A DNA stretch of 64,000 nucleotides, from contig ADNK01002953.1 of the NCBI GenBank assembly GCA_000320545.1, forward strand, positions 44,284 through 108,283, written 5' to 3'. Below are positions 1 through 11,711 of the stretch, piece after piece (position 1 is the stretch's first letter; every line of letters starts with the position of its first letter). The notes under the pieces were generated by a model. It saw only the letters and a list, made by a program, of their open reading frames with translations, ran no database searches and was not told the DNA's origin. This DNA is from Bigelowiella natans CCMP2755 (lineage: Eukaryota > Protista > Cercozoa). The position numbers were made by a program, and so were the translations under genes.

Positions 1-147
1 GATAGGACGAATATTCATGAGAAGAAGTTGTCGAAGGAGTAGCGTAAATTGCCTTCAACAAAGATATTACACACTAATAAGTCACCCCCTCCCCCCCCCC
101 CCTCCCCCCCTTTTGTACTAGTAGCGTGAGGGTTCAAGGTTCATTAC

Positions 148-2301
148 CGCTGTGCAGAAAAGCATGGCGAAGTGGGTGATGTAGTGGATCGGCCAGAACA
201 ACATCACTATCGTGTAAGGACAGGCCTACAAGGATGAGGAGGATTCACGGAAGAGGGTGAGAGACAATGGTTGATGATGGTTCCAGTAAGATGTCGGCAG
301 TAACAAGAAGAACAATAATTATAGAAACTAGTCGTATTTTCTCAAGGCCCAAGATAATTATCATGTTAGAGGTGCTTCTTTCTTCATGACTCAAGAAGTA
401 CAGTGGAAGCCTACCTGCAAAATGCCATCCAGAGGGTTGAATGCGATGGATGCCCTTAGGAACAAAATTACCATCACCGCTAATGCCATATATTTCGCTG
501 CTACCATCATTTTCCTCCCCCAGTCTCGGGATGGGAAAAGAGGGTGAGTTCGTATAAACATGCATACATGTATGTGTATATTTTCAATTCATATAAATAT
601 AGAAAGGCTTGAATCATCAGTCATCCTCAAGGCATCATCTCTACTCTATCTGTCCCAATTCGAGGAGCTCACTCACCAGGGGGAGAGCGTATCCGGTGTG
701 TTGTACTTGTGATGAAGAGCGTGGATGTTCTGAAAGGAACAACGCACGACAGCGCAGCCAGCATGACGCACATGAGTAAATAGAGGGAAGAAGAGGGAAG
801 AATTTTAGGAAGGAAAGGGAAGGAACACAGTACCCTGTACAAGAACTCGTTTTCGTGTAGAGTGCGATGCATCCAATAAATTCCGACCTAAGACGGGCAT
901 AAAGTTGAATCTAATATCCGTTGTATCTGGGACAAGCGACGAAGGTGGGAGGGCAGACCAGACATAACTCAATAATTCCCAAGTCCTATTTTCTAGGCCA
1001 GCTTCGGGCCTTTCCCACATATGCATATACTCTCTCTCTTATTTTCTCCATCGCACCTCGACGAGCAAGAAGTAAACTACAGTCATGACGATGTAGGCTC
1101 CGAGGCCACCGATTTCGGACAAATGCATGTAGCACTTTGTGTAGCCCTGGATGGGTGGGGGGGAATCGAATAAAGAGCAGGCATGGGAGGGGGTATTGAG
1201 ATATAAATGAATGGTGGTGGTCGAATCACTAGTTTAACTTCCCTCTTTCCTAACACTTCGCTTCTCCCCCCCCTACACCCTCCTGACAAACCGATTCTAT
1301 CAGCCATTCATCCAGGACGGGCAAGCCAGCATAGAGAAATATTGACATTTGGGCGAGCATGATCTGCATCATCAAGTAAGAAGAGAATGCCAAGAGGGTG
1401 TTGCAAATGTATCATATGAGAGGCTGGCTGACAGCAAACTTGGAAAAGCAAGAATGAGTAAGACTGATTTCTTCAGAAGGCCACCTGATCTAAGACTGAA
1501 CCCTTTTTCTTTACGTCGCCACCTTTGAAAACCTGCACAGATTGGGCGAAAGAGAGAACGAGACAATCTCTTTACAGCCGACTACACCAATAAATCTAAA
1601 GGTGTGGTATATCGTCGTGATTCAATTGGTAACTACCTTCATGCCGATAACAGATTCAGACCTGGACACGAGCCATGTCCAGGAAAAACTGATAAATGAC
1701 GAGATGTGAGGCTTATTTGTTGAGAGGAATGTCAAGTGTTGTATTAGAGAGGAAAGTACCCGAGTAAGTAATACAGAACCGTTGCAGCTGTGAGATTTCG
1801 AAGATATATCGTGATGAAGTAGCCTGCCCACATACGTTTGAGGATACGAATTAGCACCGGATATTGTCTATCAAATCACGTATATTGTTTTACCTATTTC
1901 CACGCCATATTGTCCTTCTGCCCAGTCAGCTACTCCATCGAGACCAATTAAGCTGTTCAGCCATCTGTACCAGTATTATTTGCATCAGGGTCAAGATTGC
2001 TTATGTCATTGATTATACTCTCACTGCTGCATTTACACGCGCATTCCGACTAGAAACAGCAAGCCATGGTTAATGGTGTGCACCAACTTCAACTCTATCC
2101 AAAGTCGATTCAAAATTCTACGATTCCGTCAACCTGTTGAAGGTCCGGAACTCGTTCTCCTGCAGCTGCATGATGGGAACGGGTGGAGTTGGAATCTAAC
2201 TCGATTATCTGGAGCACATATAGGAACAAAAATATAGATATTTTTACGGTGGATATCAGCCATGAGACCACTTCTCGGCCCCCGTGAAATTTGCAGGACA
2301 T
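148..2301 (-). CDS. ERG3: Delta7-sterol C5(6)-desaturase (lathosterol oxidase, ERG3/DWF7/SC5D family), spliced; 3' end lies beyond the window start
   Basis: GT-AG exons 2134-2195, 1894-1964, 1760-1823, 1637-1688, 1485-1532, 1292-1363, 1057-1146, 834-887, 677-729, 415-454 and 148-225 join in frame. They give ...YLRNLTAATVLYYLLG...GYTKCY...YFLLVEVGIYWMHRTLHENEFLYRNIHALHHKYNTPDTLSPWASIAFNPLDGILQACPYTIVMLFWPIHYITHF. The His boxes HRTLH and HALHH and the surrounding motifs match plant-type DWF7/STE1. The first exon and start (about 2301) are uncertain. Confidence 0.92.
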
Positions 2302-3367
2302 AATTTTTCTGCAGAGGATCATTCACGAGGAATATCGTATGAATAAAGTCTAGCGATTTTGCATTTGGCAGCTAAGCCCCAAGATATAACACGGGCGCAG
2401 GATGGGAAAATTGTCGTTAAAAATTATATACGACTAGCAAATACTCTCCTATAACAGAGGAAAAATCATGCATTTTATACCGTCGTTACTACAGATACCG
2501 CATTGCTGATCTGAGTCGATTATAACCAAGAGAAAATTTCCTCAGAATACAGGATTGAAACGTAATACATTTATTATCTACGACATCATGAAGTAACTCA
2601 ATTAACAGATTCTCTCGCCTTTCCCCACAGTAACTTGAACGCCGTTAGAATTTTCACGCTTCTGGGCTTTGGCTTTCCTTTTTCACCCAAAACACAGGTG
2701 GTACGTATGTACATGAGGCCTCGTGGAGAGCCACAGAGCTTCTGCTTGTTTCAGAATATTTCTAGCATTCCGACAATTTGAAGCACCAACATTCTAAAAT
2801 ACGACGAGAGAAAAAACCTACATGTCATAAATTTAGCCTTCTTTAATACCCTTTACATAAAGAAAAAATTATTCTGTATATCTTACGAATGTGATACTGC
2901 CAGACCGCGTAGTTCCACGTGGTGGACGAGTCTATACTTTCGGAGCCCAGAGATGTGCCACATCGGTACCCAAGAAGAGGGCTCATTCTTTTTTTTTTCT
3001 CGCGAAAATCTCCAGAGACGGTTGAGGTTTTCGACTTTGATTCGACCACCCGGTTCGGCCTTACCGAAAGGAGCGCAGGAAAATAAGCATGGATTTCGCC
3101 TAAGAGACGTACTCTCGCACTTTTTTTCTTAAATTTATCCCGGATGGAAGAACGGGCGGCATCCCGAACAGACCAAACGGCTTGCGAGCCTCTTCGACCT
3201 TCAGCAGAATCCAACTGTTCCTTCCAGGAATTTTCTGAGCCCGCATAAACAACTTAACATGCGCATCAAGGCGAAGCAGAGATGGACGTTCAAAGCGCGT
3301 CGTATGAAGGACAGGCAAGTCGAGGTTCCCTTTAAAAGTGGTAAAGGCTAACAACAACTATTTTCAG

Positions 3368-4469
3368 GCTTGAAATTCATAGGACATCACAGCGAGAAAC
3401 ATCTCAAGCAGTTGATATGCTTTTGGATTGTGCCATGAGCAACCTCTTCTCAGTTCGGGTTGTGGCGGTGCTTGGGATTGTTATTCCGAAGCAGTTCTGG
3501 AATTTCCTTAAGCAGATTTATATTGATAATGAAGCAAACCAAAGTCAAGTAGACAAACTCATCTGCTTGGCGGGTGTACTCCTCGCTATTTGTCACCTTT
3601 TCAGCCCGCTCTCCGAGTGTCGAAAGGTGAGGTGTAGACCGACATATCAAGACTGCGGTTTTGTATTGATAAATTAAATTGTGACCAGATCGTGAAATGC
3701 CTCCCATTAAAGCTACAAAGGCTCGTCAGGACTCACCTTAATGACTGCTGGCTAGTTCTTACACTGTCCCATGCAATCGCAGCAGTCCTTCTGCTTCCGT
3801 CCATATATTCCTCTCTAGCAATAGATGGCAATGATCATCTGGGATTACTATTTGACATGATGCTCACCGCCTCTCTGATCCCAGTAAATATATTTATTCA
3901 ATATCTTGCTGTAATTGTATCTGAGATGTCTTTCCTTCCTTCGTCGTCGTCATGACATTACAACCGATAATTAACTGGATGTTTGATTTGTTCTGTAGGT
4001 GGTGGTTGAAGCATTTGAAGTTCATATGAGGAGCTCTTATTTACGTTTTCCTACTCATTCATTAGTAGGAACAGTATGTGCGGTGGCATATATTTCACGT
4101 TCGATTTATCGATGCGCTAGCTTGTACGAAGACGTAGAACTAGATGAAAGCGAGACTTATCCTTCTTGGAAAGGATTTGTACCATTGATTCCGGTTATTT
4201 TTCTTGGAATGGTAAGCATGACAGAGTTCGGGATCGTTTGGATACAGTCCTCATTACGTGGAAATAGAAAACGTGTAGCCCTTAGAATGTTACGCACGGT
4301 CTTTTTCAGTGTTTCATTTGCTCTGTGCGTCTTCCAGTGGACTGTAAGGGCTGCTGATTCATTACATTCTGCAACGATTGACGATTTAGCAACATCAGGT
4401 GGCACAAATGTGTCGTTGGAGTCCATGGATGCATTTCCTTTTTCTGACAGAAACACAAATTCATTTTAG
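3368..4469 (+). CDS. Hypothetical multipass membrane protein (spliced; start not resolved)
   Basis: ORFs 3417-3677, 3692-3955 and 3999-4469 can be linked by short GT-AG introns. The product has several hydrophobic helices. No family was recognised. Confidence 0.55.
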
Positions 4470-4537
4470 CGGTTGTAGTGTGAAAAAGCTCTTTTGTAGC
4501 TCAGTAGTGACAATGTAACAATTGTGAGCATGGACTA

Positions 4538-5733
4538 CAGTGGCTTCATGCAATCAATCATTTTTGAAGAAGTTCATGATCAAAATTTGTCTGTCAGTTC
4601 GCTGTGCACATTGTTGCTCTGTCTGTTGCCCTGTGATTTGTGTGATCTGCTCTCCAAAAAGTTTCATGCCGTGTGAGCACCTTCATCATGTTCTCTCACA
4701 CACCACGCGCGATCAATGAATTGCCCGCCAGAAATGCCACACACACGCAGCAGTCATTGAGCAGTGATGTCCAACAACGAGTGGGGTGCGTTTTGGACGA
4801 GGGGCGGCATCCATCTTCACAACAGCTGAACTTTGACCCACGTTTCCAACGCCGAGAGCTTTCCTTCGCTCTGCGATGTTGTTGCAACACAATGTTGTGG
4901 AAATTGACGCAGCAAGACGAGACCGCGGTGCTGGTTCGTGTTTGTTTCACACACGAGCTGCCGTCTCTCTGGTCCGTCCCAGCGTCGTCCATCCACAGCG
5001 CTAGAGCACTGAAGCGACTGTGACTGTTCACACGACGTGGTTGTCCTCTTGCTGTCTTGCTTTTCCTTGTCATCGTGCAGCTGACCTGCCCTTCGTCTGG
5101 GTGGACCATTCGCACCAGCTAGCCAGCCCGCTCCCAAGCTAGCAAGGACATCGCCAAGTGCTCTCCTGTCCTCAGTCATTGGAACTTCACCACCCTCACC
5201 TTCCTTCTCCTCCAGCAGTGACTTGAGAGCGGAGCGGGCCTCTCATGCTCGTTGAATCATTGCGCAGAGATGTTTGGAAACGAAGAGGACAACATCGACG
5301 TGCGAAGGCGGACGCGGACCATCATCGTTTCAAACGATGGACACGTCACTCAACAACGCGTTTCCACGATTTCCGTGGGGATGTTGAAACTGTCCGAAGT
5401 GTCCAATGTGTGTCTGAAGATCACTTTGTCTCCCAGATTTTCCCGAAGGTGTCCGAAGGTGGTGTTCGAAGATTGACACACTGCGCACAACACAAGAACG
5501 TCCAAAGACAATTGTCCAAAGACATCCGAGGGTGTCCAACCACACCACCATTTTTTCAAATTTTTCTTGAATGTCAATTTCGTCTTGATTTGAATGTCTT
5601 ACTTCTGCACAATTGATGAACAAATTCAATTTGCAGATGGAAACGCCATGCATTTCGGCCCTTCCACTCACCTCCATTTGAACACTGCATTTTGCACAAA
5701 TGGCCTGCATTTCAGAAGCCTTTCACCATCGGG
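4538..5733. other. TpA-void tract, probably a hypermutated relic of a repeat or gene copy
   Basis: Manual scan finds only 4 TA dinucleotides (5002, 5120, 5140, 5600) in 1196 bp. The tract is rich in CA/TG and carries many overlapping ORFs on both strands because stop codons are lost. Confidence 0.8.
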
Positions 5734-5820
5734 TACCGGTAGTCGGAAGAAAGAAGTAAGTGTGCAACGAATAGTAATAAGCTCCATTTCCGACTTTTTC
5801 CGAAAGGTTGTCGAGAGTAA

Positions 5821-6561
5821 TTGTGGGTTATTTTTACCTTTTTTGTGTCTTGTCCATGTCGTAAGCTGCAAAGAGGAATACAACGGAAACCTTTCCTAGT
5901 CAGAGCCCTCGCCACGTGCGCTACCGGCTTCATTCGAACACACCCCCCGGTACCCATAGATCACACTGAGTTGCAGACCTGCTCCCTCGTTCGAGACTTG
6001 CTAATGGCCTTCATCTACGAACAAAATGGAGCCTTCCTCCCAAGAGGGATCATGCGTTGGAAACTAGACGCTCCTAATACACGCCGTCATCAGCGCTACC
6101 AGGCTCGAAACCGCCGTAGTGCACACACCAAAACTCCCAAGCACGCTGGCTGTGTCACCAAAGCTACTTTCTACAGCAACTCTGGGGCTTATCCTCTTTT
6201 CTCCTCTTCTAAGGATATCTGCTCCGAATGGCGCTCCACGGTCCCTTCACCAGAATCGTCGCTTTCGTCCTCTCCCGTTTCCTCGAGCAAAAACTCCCGA
6301 GCGTCCTCCCCAGCGCAGTCTTCACGACACGTTGCGCACACAGGGAGGCTGGTCCTCCCTGCTCCGTTAGCACCTCTTCCCACCTTGACCCAAACTCAGC
6401 CTAAAATTTGCACGCTTACAAAGACAAAACGCCGAAGACGTGGGAAACGAGGTGGGCGGAGGCGTGGAGGACGTCGTCGCCATACTCGAGACTGCAGCCC
6501 ACAACAGATGCCTCAGGCTCCTCAATGTCGTGATCACAGGAGTCTTCGTGTAAACTATTAG
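5821..6561 (+). CDS. Intronless 246-aa ORF of unknown significance
   Basis: Long open frame, rich in Ser and Arg, with a near-cognate start and no recognisable domain. It is adjacent to the TpA-void relic. Confidence 0.15.
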   Translation: MWVIFTFFVSCPCRKLQRGIQRKPFLVRALATCATGFIRTHPPVPIDHTELQTCSLVRDLLMAFIYEQNGAFLPRGIMRWKLDAPNTRRHQRYQARNRRSAHTKTPKHAGCVTKATFYSNSGAYPLFSSSKDICSEWRSTVPSPESSLSSSPVSSSKNSRASSPAQSSRHVAHTGRLVLPAPLAPLPTLTQTQPKICTLTKTKRRRRGKRGGRRRGGRRRHTRDCSPQQMPQAPQCRDHRSLRVNY

Positions 6562-7562
6562 TTCATAAAAAGTTGGCCCCCTATATATATTGGCTCTAAA
6601 GAACAGCTTCGCCCCAGCAATACGGAAAAGAAATCCCCCTTAGGAAGTGAGAGCATCATCCATATTATTCCTAAATTTGAGTCGTCGTATCAAGATATCA
6701 CGCCGAATTGGAACAACCCATCTCATTTCATTCTAGATGTTTCTTTTACACTTAGCACACCAGCTCAGTAATAGTGTTTTAGCCATGTATCCAGCGGTAC
6801 AGCGCTTCAAGACTTCAATTTGTTTAAAGAAATCCTTTATTATCATTCGCTATCGCGCCTGAAAGACTTGGAAGCATAGTCGGAAGCATAGTCCTAAGCC
6901 TAGAAACATACAATTTGCGAAAATAAATCATCAGCTGGCAGACACGGTACCAATATCTTGCTACAGTTGCCATGTTGTACGTCTTGTCCAACTCATCATT
7001 GCATCACTTCATCTTCCGTTGATACGGGTTACAAAAAGAAATACGCAAATATATCTTGGCACTAAAAGCTTGTATGTCGTATGCTTAAATTACTGGTGTT
7101 GTTCTGCAGTTAAGTGGAGCGAGTTGAGAGAGTTATGGACGGGGCAACGCAAACTAAAAATGGAGCGAGGTCCCTCTTGCTCGAGGTGGTGCGTAATAAC
7201 GCGATGAGCACGGACGCAGGCAGGCAGAAATGTAGCGTGCATGATGATGGCAACGACGTGAGCATGTGCTTTGCCACGCGATGTGTGCGTTGTGCAACAA
7301 CGCTAGAACAGTAAGCGCAAGATGACAATGCAGGCGCACGACTACTAGCTAGACTAGCTCGATGTGCCGGATAAATCAAACTACCGCAACCTGTCTGATG
7401 CTACATGATGGAATACATTGTGCACTTCACCTATGTTACTATCTATCTAGACATGCTGCTATGCACGGTCAAAGCGGTCAAAGCCATAGTCTAGTAGTCA
7501 TTGGCTGCAACAAAAGCAGGCTTCTAAGTATGTACATTCTAGCATTCTTCAAGCTAATTATG

Positions 7563-7843
7563 TCATTCGTCATCATCATCTGCTTCTCCCGCTCCAGTGA
7601 TGACTCGCAGTGTTTGAGCAGCCTCTTCGTAGCCCTGGTCAGCCGCTTCTTGAAACCAAAACTTGGCCTTTTCTACGTCCTTTGCTACACCGAGCCCTTC
7701 GTAATAGCAAGCTGCGATATTATTCTGGGCATCGGCGTTGCCTACGGATCGGTAAGGAAGGGCGTTTGATATGATATAAGCAAACAACAGGGATAAAACA
7801 ATGGACACACAGACAGACAGAGTTCCTCTCTTTACCTCAACGC

Positions 7844-7884
<41 letters not shown>

Positions 7885-8847
7885 TATATGTGTGTGTGTG
7901 TGTGTGTGTGTATGTGTGCGTGGTATACGTCGCGTGTACGTCGCGTGTTCGTCAGGTGTTCGTCAAGTGTTGCAGGAAATACAAGCATATATGCAGGGCA
8001 GAGCTAATCTCACGACGACTAGAACGTCATTCTACCGAGCCCAGCGGCCTTTTCCCACCAGCCCGCGGCCTGCTTCTGGTCTCTTTCATCAACACCAGCA
8101 CCCTCGTCGTAGCATATCCCAAGGTTATTCATAGCTGTCACATCGCCCAGTTCAGCGCCCTTCTGGTAGCACGTGGCGGCTGCTTTTGAGTCCTGGGGTG
8201 TCCCCCTTCCCTCAAAGTAGCAATCTCCAACAAGTGCATGGGCTGCTGGTAGGCCGAGCTCGGCCGCCTTTACACAGAGCTTGAAGGCCCGCTCCTCGTC
8301 CTGCGATGTGCCTATGCCACCGTAGTAACAGTCGGCCAGGGAAAGCATAGCTTCGGCGTTACCGCCATCAACCGCGCGCTTGTACCACTTGAAGGCCTTC
8401 TTCGGGTTAGGCTTGCTATCCTCCACGCCTACACCCTCCAGATAGCAGTCGCCTAATCGCGCCTGTGCGAGAGCGAATCCTTGCTTGGCGGCCTTACGGT
8501 AGAACTTAACTGCTTTACGGTGGTCGGGAGGGACAACGATCTTCTCTCCTTCTTGCTGCTTCTTCTTGGAATTCGCTATTAACTGGAAGCTGTGGTAGCT
8601 GTAACCCTGGAAGTGCAAGTCCCCAATTCGCATCTGTGCCTCAGGGGAGTAAGAAGGGCTGCTAGCTGCCTGTTTGTAACAGTATAACGCCTTCTCTGCG
8701 TTTCGAGCACATCCGATCCCTTGGAAAAAGCAATCTCCTAGCGCAATCTAGAGCCAGGGGGAGGAGGGGTAATGAGATGGGGTGGTGGGTGTACAGAGGC
8801 ACAAGATGAAGAAAACCAAAACTAAAGAGGAGGGAGAGACAAGATAC

Positions 8848-8904
<57 letters not shown>

Positions 8905-9321
8905 GCACACACACACAAATATTTTATTAACACAATACACAAAACATCTTATGTATTTCTCTTTTAAGACCTGCGCCTCGATATGCTTTCTTTCCGAGGC
9001 GGCGGTGTACCACTCTACCGCTAGCTTAGCGTCAGCGTCTACACCTTGCCCCAACAGGTAGCAGTCCCCAATTAGCTTCATACGCGTCGTGTCACCATTT
9101 TTCGCCAGCAGCAAGAAGTATTTGGCTGCCTCTTTGCGCCTGATACTTTGCTGCTCCTTGTTTTCTTCGTCGTCCGCCTCAGCGGCGCTGCCACCTTTCC
9201 ACAGGTATTCTGCAAGTTCGCTCATCGCTGCATTGTAGCCCATGTCCGCAGCCCGGCGAAGGCTGAGAGTTTGAATATATTGCTCGTGTGTGTGCGTGCC
9301 TGCGTTTGTGGATAGCTATTC

Positions 9322-9362
<41 letters not shown>

Positions 9363-9652
9363 TCTATTTGTTTCAATGCGTCTTTGTGAGCGATGCGACA
9401 TCTGCGGTAAGCTGTGTATGGACATACAATGCAATCCCCTTTTCCTCGTTAACAGGTACGGAAGGAGGGGCTCCCACAAGGTGGAGGTGCCCTAGAGCAT
9501 GGACGGCCTGAGGATCATCCTTCTCGGCAGCCTTTTCGTACAGAGCAAGCGCTCGGGCTGTATCCTTCTCCACTCCCTCACCACGGCAATAGAGCCTTGT
9601 GTCATGAATGAAAGTGTCTTAGTACGATGAGAATCAGAAAAAAAAAGACGAA

Positions 9653-9683
<31 letters not shown>

Positions 9684-11664
9684 GATAAAAGAGAAAAGAA
9701 GAAACACGAGATTGACAAAGAGGTAGATTTCGCTGTAAGGCCGATCCAGCCTCTCCTTGCTTCCCCCCTGAACTTCGCCTACTATTAGCACACTGTTACC
9801 CCGCCAAGAAGCTCTGCGCCGTTGTAAAATTGAGAAGTACAGCCCTCTGCAATAACTCGACTGCTTTCTTCTTATCCATGGCCACTCCATGCCCTAGCAG
9901 CAAGCATCGAGAGTAGTTGTATAACCCAGCGGCGCGAGCTGGTTCCTCTCCTTCTTCTTCCTTTTCTTCTTCTCCCTTCTCCTCCTTCTCCCCCTCCTTC
10001 TCTTTCCCCTCGCTTTCTTTCGTTGCTTCTCCTGCTTTGTTCTCCCCTGCTACGTCAGAAGCATCAGCTCTCTTCTCTCTTCTTCTTCCTCCGTCTCCTA
10101 TCTCCGCCGCTCGTTTATAGTGCTTTGCTGCCTCCTCATAGTCGACCTCTACGTCCTGCCCCCCGTGATAGTAGCAGTCGCCGAGCCCGTTGAGAGCTCT
10201 CGCGGTTGCAGCAATAGAGGGGGGCGACGACGATGAGGAGGGGGAGGAGGAAGTCGAGAAATAGGATGAGACACTCTTTCTCATGGCCTCAAGCGGTTGG
10301 GTGGTGCGAATGTGCGGCTCAGTCTTGTACGCGCGCTTTCTGCGACTCTCTTCCAGGTCAACGTAACGTTTCCGGAGAGTGCGGAGACGACTCAGCTCAC
10401 GCGTCAGTAGTTCCTTCTCATCGCCAGACTCGTCACTATCGTTCTCGCTGAGGTCGTCGATTCGAGCTTGTGCCTCCGCCTTCATCGCCGAGCGTTTCAG
10501 GCGAGCCCTACATGGTTTCGAGGATCACGCAACATCAGGGATGAGATTCCATTCCACACGACAAAGGACGGAGTCTATCCTGCCTCCAATGCGAAGGTTC
10601 GTATGTTTCTAGTATCTCTTCTTCTTGCTGTTGTTTGCACACTGTTGTTGTCACGATCGATTCGAAATCACACACGCAATCCTGTTTACACGCCATTCTC
10701 ATCATCATCCGACACCACCACCACCACCACCAACACATTAAAATGATGTCGATGAACATCACCTCTTCTTATCTTCAAGAGCGGCACGCTCATCCTGCAG
10801 GCTCTTCATCTCATCTTCTAGTTTTCTGGCCTTCTCTTCCACACGCTGCTTTTCTTCGTCGAGGCCAGCTCTGGTATCTTCGGCGAACTTCCGCTCCATA
10901 GCTGCCGTTTCCCTGCACTGCTCAGCAAACCGGCGCTTTTGAGAGGCGAGGTGCGCCTTTTCCTCATCCAGCCTTTTCCAGGCCACACAAATGTCGATTC
11001 TCCGAGCAATCTCAAAGAAGCAGGAGGGGGGGTGCTGCTTCTCCTCCGTCTGGGTCTGGCGTGTAGCCTTCTCCGACCCAGCACCAACATTCTCGTTTTG
11101 CTTTCCCTTCTTTCCCTCTAGTGATGCGCCCCCCTTCAGTCTCTCCTGCTGCTCCTCGGATTGATCTTTTGTCTTTTCTGCCGCGGCGGTTCCATTATTG
11201 GCCCCTTGCGTGTCTTCGGCTGTAGCTGCGGCCTGTTTGTTGAGGCGGTCCCTTTCCTCCTTCGCCTTTGCCAAAAGCTTCTTATACCTCATGGTCCAGG
11301 TCTAGTTAGTCGATTAGTTGTTGGGGGAGGGGTGGAGGAAGGGAAGGTGAGGGGCAGCGATGATGCTGATACTACGTGACCACAGGCGAAAGGGAAGTGA
11401 ATTTCTAGGAGAGCTGCTCGTAGATGAAGATGATGTGGATGTTTTCCCGTGAGTCCCGTCCTCCCCTCCAACCTCCTACTCTTGATTTTGATCATTAGTT
11501 ACCTGCGTGGTCTTCTTGGCCTCTTTTCTCTCCTTCAGGATGAGGCTCTTCAACTTGCCAATGTTGCCCTGGCTCTGGGGGGGGAAACGGAACATTGCAG
11601 GCATTAGGCTACGAGTAGAGAATGAGAAAGTGAGACTGAGACTCGGCGGAGGAGGAGAAAGGAG

Positions 11665-11711
<47 letters not shown>

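Noticed and set aside
245-2326. ORF-track entries in 245-2326 as separate genes or a retroelement
   Set aside because: They are partial or off-frame readings across the spliced sterol desaturase.
6870-6893. Perfect 12-bp tandem duplication GGAAGCATAGTC x2, a possible transposon excision footprint
   Set aside because: A single short duplication with no associated element; slippage explains it equally well.
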